This document shows, in pieces, positions 1 through 53,170 of a DNA stretch of 64,000 nt. The DNA is taken from the NCBI RefSeq assembly GCF_009914755.1, contig NC_060925.1; one strand, given 5' to 3'. The number at the start of each line of letters is the position of its first letter. Positions within the stretch are counted from its first letter, which is position 1. Source of the DNA: the human T2T-CHM13v2.0 reference genome, Homo sapiens. The notes below the pieces were generated by a model. The model saw only the letters and a list, made by a program, of their open reading frames with translations, ran no database searches and was not told the origin of the DNA. The translations under genes and the position numbers were made by a program.

Positions 1-162
1 AAAAAATTAGCTGGGCATGGTGGCGCACACCTATAACCCTAGCTACTTGGGAGGCAGGAGAATCCCTTGAACCCAACAGGGTGGAGCTTGCAGTGAGCTG
101 AGATCCTGCCACTGCACTCCAGCCTGGGTGACATTGTAAGACTTTGTCTGAAAAAAAAAAAA
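1..162 (+). mobile_element. Alu right arm (cut by window edge)
   Basis: Alu right-arm motifs and A tail. Confidence 0.9.
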
Positions 163-269
163 TTATTGAGGGAAGAGTAAACATCCTATTCATCTTGGTT
201 TGGGATATTTCACATGCAGGCAGCAGGATGTTGTAGGAAAAAAACACACTGAACTTAGAACCAGAAGGA

Positions 270-450
270 TCAGATAAGGATATGATGGAGTACTGGCTTC
301 TCTATTCACTGGCCGTGTGACTAGACAAGTCATTTAGCTTCACTGAAACTAAGTTTTCTATCTCTAAGCGTGTAGTAATCATCCTTCTATTCCTGAATAG
401 TTGTCGGGAGGCTCAAACTGAGATAATGTATGTGACTATCCTTTGCTAAT
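270..450 (+). mobile_element. MIR
   Basis: Degenerate core ggccgtgtgactagacaagtcattt...agttttctatctct. Confidence 0.6.
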
Positions 451-775
451 TCTAACTTTCTACACACAGTATCATAGTAAATATTGAGTATTTGAATGAG
501 TAAGCATTTACTTTAGTGAACACCTTTTCCTGAGCAGTTCTCTTGCTTAATGAGGTCTTTTGATTTTGTAAATATGCTACTTTTTTATCTGATATTTTTG
601 TATTGTTCCATTTTGCAGATGACATCTAATTTTATTAAATTATTCTGTTCCTGAGAATTGGCATCCTCTTCATCCACCTGGGGATGACCAGGAATTTTCT
701 GTTTTTTTCTCTGTAGGTGCTATTTAATATTTAAATAACAAATGACATTTGATCTGTTTCAGCAGGTGGTCCATT

Positions 776-12961
<12,186 letters not shown>

Positions 12962-14078
12962 GCGAAGTGCCACTGGGTTCTTTGCCCTCCCTTCACACCA
13001 TGGGATAAATCTGTATCAAGACGGTTCTTTTCTAGATTTCCTCTACCTTTTTGCTCTTAAAACTGCTTCTCTGCTCTGAGAAGCACAGCTACCTGCCTTC
13101 ACTGAAATATACCTCAGGCTGAAATTTGGGGTGGGATAGCAGGTCAGTTGATCTTCTGCAGGAAGGTGCAGCTTTTCCATATCAGCTCAACCACGCCGCC
13201 AGTCCATTCTTAAGGAACTGCCGACTAGGACTGATGATGCATTTTAGCTTTGAGCTTTTGGGGGTTATTCTACCAACAAACAGTCCATTGGAAAGAAAAC
13301 AGTCCCTGGAATTAACAGATCAGAATGTTCACACTGGTTAATCTTTTTTTAACAATGAGCATGAAGGTAGCAGAAGCTGGTGTGTTTCCAGATGGTTCTT
13401 CTAACCAAACTAATTTTTCACTGTTGACAAGCGAGGCAAGGGTTGCACTGGACCAAAGGCTGAGGCTTGGCCATCTAGCATTCCATACAAAATTGTTTCC
13501 TATAAGCATTCCTTTTATTCTCTATTCTATCCTGGGTCTGCCTCAACCGTGAGATAGGAGAGTCTCTGGTACTAGCTGCTGTAGCAGTGCCCTTCATCCA
13601 GGGCAGTTAATGGAGTCTTGGACCCTTTCTTTCTCTGGGATCCCTGCCCAGCACCTTCCTATAGAGATGACTTTAAAAGGAAAAAAAAAAAAAAAACAAA
13701 CCCACATGATTTCAAGGAGTCTGGCATTCCTGAATCCTTCTTCCCTGCCAGGTGCCTGTCACCTGTCTTCACTGCCTCCTTTTCCCTGTCATGCTCATCA
13801 GCTTATGGCTTCTGTCTAAGCACCTGAACAGAGGACTGAAACCTCCACTGCAGGCTGGTTTTAGGTCTTGAATTATGTAAGAATCTTGCACAGCACTGCT
13901 AATGTAAATTTCAGTTGTTTTTCCCTCTAGGACAAACACTTACCAAAATATGCAACTTTTTTTTGGTGGGAAGAGAGATTGTCCTGTGATTTCTACCCAT
14001 TTCCTGAGGCCTGTGGAAATAAACCTTTATGTACTTAAAGTTATACAGAAAATAGAATAAAGTTAATACCAAACTTGC
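12962..14078 (+). other. CAP1: CAP1 3' UTR (3' end approximate)
   Basis: Repeat-free sequence from the stop codon to just past two AATAAA hexamers. Confidence 0.85.
14018..14061 (+). terminator. CAP1: CAP1 polyadenylation signals (AATAAA at 14018-14023 and 14056-14061)
   Basis: Two canonical hexamers followed by a GT-rich tract at about 14075-14105. Confidence 0.85.
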
Positions 14079-14134
14079 TTAGTTGTTTACCTGTGATATT
14101 GGCTGTACAGAAATGCAAAAAATACTGAAAACAC

Positions 14135-15493
14135 CAAGGATAAGAAACTACTCTTTATTTTAGACAACCTCATAAAATTATTTTCACATCCCCCCCAACT
14201 TCTTGCTCTTAATCCTCATCTTTTAGTTGAAGAATAAGGCTTAAGAGAGAGAAAGGAAAAACCATAATGGCTAAACTTAGCAGCACCAACACGGTTCTTT
14301 CATCAAGGCGTAGCTCATCATTTCTCCAAACTGACATGCTACAGAAATGTCTTCCAAAAAGCGTTAAGTTTTCACAGAGTGGGGACTATGATTTCCATGC
14401 TCAAATAGTGTAGGAAATGGTAGATTACGTTAGTTTTGTTTACTGTAACAGGAATTCTCAGGAGTCCTTAGACACTCTAATGTGGGTTGATCTCCAGAAG
14501 GAGAAAGGGAGTGTGTAGTATTTTCCAAGCTTTTTGAGCAAACAATCCTTTTCTCATGGAACACATCAGAAACAGTTTGGAGTATGCTGGTAAATGTGTT
14601 TTGGGGATGGAAGTCAGAAAGCCTGATCTTTTTCATATGGTTCCTCCTATTCTCTGCTAAAGCCAGCAACAGAGTAAGTTGACTCTAGCATCAAGACCAC
14701 TAGTCATATTAAGAAAGGGCAGGTTGGTCGAGAATGGAATAGGAAGAACTAGCTGCCTCACTTTTCACTTTCGCGCCTACATTTTCTTCGCTCCCTAAGT
14801 TATACAAGATGTACATTTCCTCTCTTAAGCAATTTAATTTGGGTGCTACTTCCCTCCTTTTGTGACAGCAACTAATTCATCACTACCTGAGGAGACAAAG
14901 TGGGTGCTGCAGAAGCAAGACTGTAGGCCAGTGGGATTTGTCTAATAATTGATGATAAGATGATTGATAGCACAGAGGGCAACGTACTCAGAGAGGAAGG
15001 CAGCCTTAAGAAATGATGCAGAAATAGCCAAGCAAGATTTTTCCAAGCACTGGTTAAATCACCAGCAAAACAAAGCATTTATGTGAGTACCTCAGGCCTG
15101 GGCACCTCTTTGCTTGAAATATGGCAAGACTTGGAAAAATGTTTGCCCTTAGAATCTATCTCACTACTTTAGTTAGTTGTCTCCTTTGGGCCTGGGCACA
15201 GTTCTGGCCCTGATCTGGAACAGACTCCCTTTTCTAAAACTGAACTTGACCACATCAAAAGTTTGTAAAACAATCTCCATGGTAATTAAACTTGCATTCA
15301 ACACCATATGGTAACAGAAGATGGCAAAGGATAAGATTCAGATCTTAGATCTTTCCAAGTAGGGCATGTTAGATGATAGAAGGATTAGTTGCAAGCTGGA
15401 TCTGAGCTCAGGCTTGGGCATGAAGGAAACTGTCTCCCATGTGGTTTGGAAGAGTTAGGGGCTCCCTGAGCTCTATTGTGAACTATACGGGTT
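14135..15493 (-). other. PPT1: PPT1 3' UTR (3' end approximate)
   Basis: Lies between the PPT1 stop codon and the minus-strand AATAAA. Confidence 0.85.
14154..14159 (-). terminator. PPT1: PPT1 polyadenylation signal
   Basis: TTTATT on + is AATAAA on -, followed on - by the GT/T-rich tract ttggtgttttcagtattttttg. Confidence 0.85.
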
Positions 15494-39150
<23,657 letters not shown>

Positions 39151-39665
39151 TGCAAGAAACATGCACAGAGGAAGGAAGAAAGAAGGAGGGACGGTTTCCA
39201 GCCAGGACCAATCATGGCAGGGTGTGGGGTTTGTTCTGGATATTGAAGGAGAGGTAGGATTTCAACAAGCAAAGATGAAATTCAGAAGGACTGAGATGAG
39301 CTAAGGTAGAGAGGAGAAAGACAACTGTGTTTTCTAGAAATGTCGGGACTTCAAGACGGACGAAAGCATATGTTGGATGCATAAGAGTGAGGGGGAAACC
39401 CATGGCCACTAACTGGCCTAATCTCAGCTGGATTATTTCAAGGGTCTCTCATCAACCATTTCCTTTTCCATTCTCTCCTCTTTAATCCATTTTATGCTCT
39501 ATTGCCACATTCATCCCTCAATCCACCTTCATAATATCAGTTCCCTGCTCAAGTTTTTTTTCAACAAAACATCAAAAAATAGTTTAAATAATTTATAAAG
39601 AAATTAGAGTGTATCCACTATACAATGGAATAATATGAGGCCAGTTTTATAAAAAATGAGTATAG

Positions 39666-39975
39666 GGCCGGGCGCGGTGGCTCACTCCTGTAATCCCAGC
39701 ACTTTGGGAGGCTGAGGTGGGCAGATCATCTAAGGTAGCGAGTTCGAGACCAGCCTGACCAACATGGAGAAATCCCGTCTCTACTAAAATTACAAAATTA
39801 GCCGGGTGTGGTGGCGCATACTTGTAATCCCAGCTACTCAGGAGGCTGAGGCAGGAGAATCTCTTGAACCCGGGAGGCAGAGGTTGCGGTAAGCTGAGAT
39901 CATACCATTGTACTCCAGCCTGGGCAACAAGAGCAAAACTCTGTCTCAAAAAATAAGAATAAAAAATAAATAAAA
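39666..39975 (+). mobile_element. Alu (Sp-like)
   Basis: Full dimer. Confidence 0.9.
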
Positions 39976-39984
39976 AGAGAGTAC

Positions 39985-40212
39985 AGCCCAGGCAGCATAG
40001 CAAGACCCCATCTCTACAAAAAAAAAATTTTTTTTTAATTAGCCAGGGGTGGTGGTATGTGCCTGTAATCCTAGCTACTGGGGAGGCTAAGGTGGGAGGA
40101 TCACTTGAGCCCAGGAGTTCAAGGCTGCATTGAGCTATGATCTCGCCAGTGCACTGAGCTATGATCTCGCTGTTGCCCTGGGCAACAGTGAGACCCTGTC
40201 TCTCTCAAAAAA
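39985..40212 (+). mobile_element. Partial AluJ
   Basis: 5'-truncated; internal duplication of tgagctatgatctcgc. Confidence 0.8.
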
Positions 40213-40375
40213 GAAAAATGAGGTAAATTTACATAAAGTGACATGAAAAATGCCCTTAATATGTTGTAAAAGAAAAGTCGATTACAAACCCACGGTCTGT
40301 AATCTCTTCTATTCCATGCCATTGGGACTAGAGGTAAGTCGTTAGTTGAAAAGTCGATTAAAATGCAGAATCCAC

Positions 40376-40643
<268 letters not shown>

Positions 40644-40880
40644 ATGCAGAATCATAAAGCATTATACAGTACAGTATACAGTTTTGTTTTAAGAAAAATA
40701 AGCTTATTGTATAAGCATTTTATTTTAACTTAAGACTTACAAATTGAAGTAGTTTCAGGATTTTTCTGTGAATATAGCCCTCTCAATGAAGTTTCCTGCC
40801 TTTAATGAACTATTTATAATTTCCTTAGAGGTTTCTTTAAACTGGAGCAATAACTGAAAGACACTTGTGAAGCAATCTGA

Positions 40881-41188
<308 letters not shown>

Positions 41189-41193
41189 ACATT

Positions 41194-41635
41194 CTTTTTG
41201 TTTTTTATTTTTGATTCAGGGTCACATATGCAAGTTTGCTATATAGGTAAGTTGTATGTCAAGGAGGTTGGGTGTACGTTTTATTTTGTCACTGCCGTAA
41301 TGAACATAGTACCCAATAGGTAACTTTTCATTTCCACCCTCATGTAGGCCCCAGTGTCTGTTGTTCCCTTCTTTGTGTCCATCTGTACTTAATGTTTACC
41401 TCCCACTTATAAGTGAGAACATGTGGTATTTGGTTTTGTTTTCCTGCATTAGTTTGCTTAGGATAATGACCTAAGCAGTTCCATCTATGTTGCTGCAAAG
41501 TACATTATCTCATTCCTTTTATGGCTGTGTAGTATGCTATGGTGTATACCTACCACATTTTCTTTATCCAGTCTACTGTTGATGGATACTTAGGTTAATT
41601 CCATGTCTTTGCTATTATGAATAGTGCTATGATGA
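41194..41635 (-). mobile_element. L1 3' end (L1PA/L1PB-like)
   Basis: cccacttataagtgagaacatg and taccacattttctttatccagtc motifs. Confidence 0.8.
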
Positions 41636-41636
41636 C

Positions 41637-41804
41637 TTTTTTTTTTTTTTTTTTTTTTGCGACAGGGTCTTGCTCTATTCCCCAAGTTGGACTGCAGTGA
41701 CACAATCATAGCTTACTGCAGCCTGGAACTCCTGGGCTCAAGGGATCCTCCCGCCTCAGCCTCTCAAAGTGCTGGGATTACAGGTGTGAGCCACAGTGTT
41801 TGGA
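41637..41804 (-). mobile_element. Alu monomer or recombined Alu
   Basis: T tail plus monomer. Confidence 0.75.
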
Positions 41805-42400
41805 TGTGAAATTATTCTAGATGGAAGACTTTCCACTCTCAGATTTCCGACCCAGAGTTACTTTAACAATTTTTTTTAACAACTTGCCTTTAACAAGCTT
41901 TTCCAATGCATTCAACTTAGTTTTCACAGAAACATCTCTTTTCTCTTTATGCTCATATTTCATGTTTTCAAAAATTTAACTAAATTATGATAGCAAATAT
42001 CACCGATATATTAATAAATAAATAAAATAAGCCCAAAGGCATTTAGTAAGCAAGTAGCTCAATTGACAGGAACAGAACTACCCAAGAGTTCTGAAAAGCA
42101 GCCTCTAGCCATGTGGGCATGCTGTGGGCATAGGTAAGTAGGTAAGTACATTTTAGAACTGGGAGAGTAAGTTAAACAGGGCATAAGAAAATAACTATGT
42201 ATTTATGTACATACATATATGATGGTTGTACAACTCTATAAATTTACTAAAAATCATTGGTTTGTACACATAAAATGGGTGACTTTTATGGCATGTGGAA
42301 TATATTTCAATAAAGCTGTTCTTTTTTTAAAGAAGACATCTGTGTATTTATATATTTGTACATTATCACTGAAAGGTCAAAGCATTGCCAAGAAAAAAGA

Positions 42401-42795
<395 letters not shown>

Positions 42796-43661
42796 TTACT
42801 TTATATACTTGTGTTTGGTTTGAAATTTTACAGCAAGGATATACAATTTTTATAATAAAAATGGAAAATATACACACATTAAAAATTATTAGACTTCTAG
42901 ATTAAGAAAATGGAGTAAAGCTATCTCACAGACTCTGTTTCAACCAATATCTAGGAAAGTTTAAAAAGTTAAAATTGTATCCACGGCAAAAAAACGTCAG
43001 TATCTTAAATGTCAGTAAGTGGTGGTCAAGGAAATAAATAGAAGATTCTGGGCTGGAGCATGTCAAGGCTTCCAGTTCTGCCTTCATTCCATCAAAACTC
43101 ATACAATTAGATCCACAAAATCCTGACAATTAACACAAACATATCCACATACATTACAAGAGAGAAGAAAAGTAAACGCTTTCCTTCTCTTTCCCCTCCC
43201 ATCTCTGGAAAATTGAAAATGGCTACTGGGGAGAAAAACTTGAAATGGGAAGTATGGAATAGACCAAATCTTTAAGATGGCAGTGAAGACTCAGGAAAAC
43301 ATGCTGAACTGAGAGAAGTTCCAAAAAGTGAAGCTATCTTTTCCATGGAAATGGACTACACCAGCCATTAGTGGGGTGAACTTTGGAATAGACACTTAAC
43401 AAAACCTCAGAAGTGATTGCAGAACTTAGGTATTCTAACAAAGGCTGCACATGAGCAGCCCTCTCCCCTCTTCAGACAAGCATAAAAATCATAGAAAAAC
43501 TGCATACTGCATAAAATAACACTCTTCTAACTGCAGTTCAGTAGGAAAAACAAATAAGTTTCAAATAAAGTGGAAAGCAATTCTGGAGACAAATAGAAAA
43601 ACAAAAAACTTCACCCCAAGTGCTTTGAGCTGTAGAACAATTTATTAAGAAAATGACCTCA

Positions 43662-43953
43662 GGTCAGGTGTGGTGGCTAACACTTACGTAATCCTAGTGC
43701 TTTGTGAGGTCAAGGTGAATGGATTGCTTGAGGCCAGGAGTTTAAGACCAGTCTGGGCAACATAGCAACACCTTGTCTCTACAAGAATAAAAAAATTTAA
43801 CCAGGCATGGTGCTGGGCACCTGTAATCCTAGCTACTTGGGACCCTGAGGCAGGAGAATTTCTTGAGCCCAGGAGTTCAAGGTTACAGTGAGCTATGATT
43901 GTGCCACTGTACTCCAGCCTGGGCAACAGAGCAAGACCTTGTCTCTAAAAAAA
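43662..43953 (+). mobile_element. AluJ
   Basis: TSD aagaaaatga(c/g)ctca. Confidence 0.88.
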
Positions 43954-43954
43954 A

Positions 43955-45290
<1,336 letters not shown>

Positions 45291-45294
45291 AACC

Positions 45295-45560
45295 AGACCT
45301 GGGCAGTTGCCCATGCCTGTAATCCCAGCAACTAGGGAAGCTGTAGCAGGAGGATTTGCTTGAGCTCAGGAGTTCAAGACCAGCATGGGCAATATTGCAA
45401 GACCCCATTCCTAAAAAATTAGCTGGGTGTAGTGGCGCATACCTGTGGTCCCAGCTACTTGGGAGGCTGAGGTGGGAGGAGTTCAAGGCTGCAATGCCAC
45501 TGCATTGCTGTCTGGATGACAGAGCACGACCCTGTCTCATAAAATTAAATTTAAATTAAA
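45295..45560 (+). mobile_element. AluJ
   Basis: Degenerate dimer. Confidence 0.8.
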
Positions 45561-47099
45561 TAAAATTAAATAAACTTCAAATAAACAAAACAACATAATG
45601 TCAAAGTCACTTTTCCTAACCCTTATTTGAAGTCCAGATTTTAAAATTTCTTTTTATACTTGTTCCTTTTTTCCTTTTTATTCCTTTAAGTTTATTTAAT
45701 TCAAGTAAACTTGAATTTTTGAATCTTTAACTCAATTAACTTAAATTAGAATTCAGGATTAACAGAATTCAATTAACTTTAACTCAATTCTGTTAAATTC
45801 AAGTAAACTTGAATTTAATACTTTTTATTTTTTAATAACACACCTTATGATACAATTTTTTAAAGTACCTATGTCTATATACCTATTTATCTATCATTCT
45901 ATCCATATAAAAGCATAAAAAGATATTTAGAATGATGTTAATCAAATGTTAATAGTGACTATTTTTAGATGGTTGGACTTAGGAGTTGTTTTTTTAAAAA
46001 AATATTTCCCCCCAGCTTTATTGAGGTATAATTGTCAAATAATGAGATTTCAGGGGGTTTTTTCTTTTTCTTTTGCATTGCTTAGATGATTTGCAGTGAA
46101 AACATATTATTTTCACAAGAACAATAAGTTGATTTTTCTTAAAATAAAGCGTAGAGCAAACCTTCAACACTTCTCCCTAGTCTTCAGGATGTAGTTCAAG
46201 CTTTTGTATTCAAAATGAGAATCCAAACTATCTTCCCAAACCTACTTCCCACATTTAATAATAACACAATTAATATATTAATATAAACAGTATTCCCTGA
46301 AAATTCCTGCTGCTGTTCCTTTGCCCAAATCATTTTACCATCTGGAACAGGCTTGCCATCTTTATCTGTATTAAACAAATGCAACCCACCCCACAAAGCT
46401 GAAGTTCTGTTCCATGTCTTCCATTGACCTCCCAGAGCCCCACAACATTTTCAAATCAAATAGTTAAAAGTATCCATGTAGAAAAATACCTACAGAGTTC
46501 CTACTTCCTCTGGATTTGGTTTAAAGAGGAACCATTTAGTGGGAGACAAATAAGTTCTCTCAGTGTAAGTCAATTCTTGACTGTTATTTTAGTAAGCAGC
46601 CACTGAAGCTTATTAATTTTAGTAATAAGAAGTGAGAAATTGCAAAGCCTGAATTTCAACCTAACTAGTACTGAGAGTTAATAAGATGCATATCAGTTCC
46701 CTGAATAGACTATAATTCAAGGAACAATGGGAACATAGAGAAGTATCTGAATGCTCATCGGTTTCAATTTTCTTTTTTGACATGAGAATAAAGTTGCTTG
46801 CTATTAAAAAGCATACTTATGAATAAGCAAGATCTAGAGACTTACTGGCTTTTCAATAAAATGAGCAGAAATTTCACCAAGTGACTAGATATATTAAGAG
46901 TAAATACTTTTGGACTGCCAAACAACCTACTTTTATTATCTGGGCCATGAAAAAAGACTATGATGCTGTTACCTTGTGGCAGCAGTGGATAAAAAGCAAC
47001 ATTAAGATTTCTTGGTTTGTTAACTGTTCAGGGCTACAGAACTGATCATAAAAGTGAGTAAGTTATATTAGACATGCCATCTATAGTAAAAACTTTTGA

Positions 47100-47696
<597 letters not shown>

Positions 47697-47888
47697 TAGT
47701 TTTCCTAATATTTATCATTAATATAATTATTTTAATTTGATTCAATTAATTTAATTATTTATTGATTTACCACCTTTAAACTATATCTCCCCATAATGAA
47801 AGACACAGAAATGAGAAAACTTGCCTTTCTTTCCACCTCTCCTTTCCATCTCTAAATTTTTGTTAATATAATAAAAATGTGTAATATT

Positions 47889-48184
47889 GGCTGGGTGTGG
47901 TGGCTCACGCCTGTAATCCCAGCACTTTGGGAGGCCAAGACAGGTGGATCTCTTGAGGTCAGGAGTCCGAGACCAGCCTGGCCAATGTGGTGAAACCCTG
48001 TCTCTACTAATAATACAAAAATTAGCTGGGTGTGATGGCACATGCCTGTAATCACAGATACTCAGGAGGCTGAGAAGGGAAAATTGCTTGAAGCTGGGAG
48101 GCGGAGGTTGCAGTGAGCCAAGATCCTGCCACTGTGTTCCAGCCTGGGCCACAGAGCAAGACTCCATCTCGGTGGGGGAAAAAA
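47889..48184 (+). mobile_element. Alu (S)
   Basis: Dimer; A tail largely replaced by a G-run. Confidence 0.88.
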
Positions 48185-48398
48185 GTGTAATGTTTATATT
48201 ATTTTCTGGGAATAAAAATATTTTGTGATTTGTATATAGATGGACAAAAAACTAAAAACTCAAACCCAGAATTTACCATATTATAATCCTCTGTATATTT
48301 GCTCTAGAGCCAAGAGATATGATTAAACCCTTAGTGATGGAAATATATTACTGTGTCACTAAGACTTTGTAACTCAAAAGGGAGTCTTCCACACATCA

Positions 48399-48771
<373 letters not shown>

Positions 48772-48956
48772 TCATATACCTCTATTACTTATATCCCATA
48801 GGGTCCTCTTTGTTAGATTCCATTTCCATTTTGCTAAAGTCTATCTTTAGGTGATTTTCCACATAGAGTGTGTAGCACTAAACATTCTGAGTTCTGACAT
48901 ATTCCTTACTCTGCCTTTATATTGTTTGGCAGTATGTGTGGATACGTATCAAATTC

Positions 48957-50075
<1,119 letters not shown>

Positions 50076-51169
50076 AAACATCTATTTTTAATGATGATAA
50101 GTCTTATTGCTTTTTAGGGAACCTATTTTGTTTTTGTTTGTTTGTTTGTTTGTTTCTCTTTGAATGTTTGGCTGCCCACTCAGATTCCTATACAGAGAGA
50201 TGGCATGAATTTCTTCTACATGTGTATTTTTCCTCTAGGCCTATTCCTTAATCATGGGCTCTATGCGAGCAGGAGAACCACATGATCAGGGAGGCTTCTT
50301 TGTAGAATGCATGGGTGGGGAGTAGTCAGGCAGTCTGATGACCCCAAAACTGACTCCATCATGACGGTGAAGTGCATTACATGAATTACTCCTGAGTGAA
50401 GCTGCCACTTTTTTTTTTGTCCCATCCTTCTTTTTATGCAAGTCTGATCTACTTTCTCTCAAGCTAAATGTTCTCTCAAGGAGTCCTCCCCCAGGCAAAC
50501 CACTACTTCTTTAGAGAGACGTTCTCACACTTCAGCGTTAGAGCAAAAGTTACCAGTACCAGATACCTTTATAAAGGTGGAAGAATAAAAACCCATTTGT
50601 ACCAATTGGTTTCTTAAATTGTTTTTAATGTAACGCTTGAATAAATTACCTGATAGTTAACTTAAATCTCACTTTTGATTGTTTAAAATTTGTTGATTCT
50701 GAAAAGAACTGCCCATGTCCTCTAATCCTCATCTCAAGCGTGATTTCTTTCCTAGATACCTACTCCTGTGTTCTCTCTTACCCACTCTGTCCTCAACTTA
50801 TTCAGAGTATCTGCACCCATCTATTTACCTCGTTGTCTCACCTTTAGACTAGCAAGTTCTCAAAAGCAGAGGCTAGGTCTAATTCACTTGGTGTTCAGAG
50901 GATCTCGCACAAGGTTAGTGCCCGACAAGTTCCTATTTAATAATTGAATGATCACCAAAGGTAGACATTGCAAATACACAAATCCTTCAAAGGACAGCAG
51001 TTCCAGAATCTAGTCTGAGGAAAACATGGAAGGAGGATCTAGGGAGCCTGCAGTCTACCCATCTGCAGCTACTGAAGAAGCCCAGGCTGAAGCTCTGTAG
51101 CCTCTAGCACAGGAAGAAAGTTGGGCATAGGCACTAGACAGGCTAAAGTTTAAAAAATGCAAATCACCA

Positions 51170-51380
51170 TCTTGGGCAACATAGTGAGGTCCTGTCTCTA
51201 TGAAAAAATAAAAATTAGCTGGACATGGTGGTACATGCCTGTAGTCCCAGCTACTCAGAAGGCTAAGGCAGGAGGATCGTTTGAGCCCCGGACTTTGAGG
51301 CTGCAGTGAGTGAGCTATAATCATGCCACTGCACTCTGGCCTGGGGGACAGAATGGGACTTTGTCTCAAAAAAAAAAAAA
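51170..51380 (+). mobile_element. Partial AluJ
   Basis: 5'-truncated dimer. Confidence 0.8.
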
Positions 51381-51432
51381 TCTGAACAGAGCCGTAACTA
51401 ATAAAGAGGTGGAATCAGTAATAAAAAATCTT

Positions 51433-51728
<296 letters not shown>

Positions 51729-52364
51729 CTCCTGACATTGTCTCCTAACAAAGAAAATCCCTGGACATGATGGCTTTACCAGTGAACTCTACCTAATATT
51801 TAAAGAACAAACACCAATCCTTCTCAAACTTTTCCAAAACCTGGAAGAGGAGGGAACACTTCCTAACTCACTCTATGAGGCCAGAATTACCCTAATTTTA
51901 GAAGCTAGATTAAAAAAAGAAAGCTACAGAACAATGTTTTTTAAAGAACATTGATGCAAAACTCCTCAACAAAATACTAGCAAACCAAATTCAGCAGCAT
52001 ATTAAAAACATTATACATCATGACCAAGTAGGATTTATTCCTAGAATGCAAGGATGGTTCAACATATGAAACTAGATCAATGTAATGCACCACTTGCTAG
52101 ATTAACAAAGAAAAAAGAAAGAAGATCCAAATAAGCACAATCAGAAATAACAAAGATGACAATAAAACTAATCCCACAGAAATACAAAAGATCTTTAGAA
52201 ACTATTATGAACACCTCTATGCACATAACTAAAGAACTCTAGAGGAAATGGATAAATTCCTAGAAACATACACCTCCCAAGACTGAACCAGGAAGAAACT
52301 GAGAACCTGAACAGACCAATAAGGAGTTCTGAAATTAAATCAGTAACATAAAACCTACCAATCA

Positions 52365-52718
<354 letters not shown>

Positions 52719-52849
52719 CTAATCCTACTGAAACGATTCCAAAAAGTTGAGGAGGAGAGACTCCTCCCTAACTCATTCTATGAAGTCAGTATCATCCTGA
52801 TACCAAACTCTGACAGAGACATAGTGAAAAAGAACAAAAAAAACAAAAT

Positions 52850-53170
<321 letters not shown>

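Noticed and set aside
13681-13696. A-run in the CAP1 3' UTR as an alternative poly(A) site
   Set aside because: Genomic A tract with no upstream AATAAA; more likely a source of oligo-dT internal priming.
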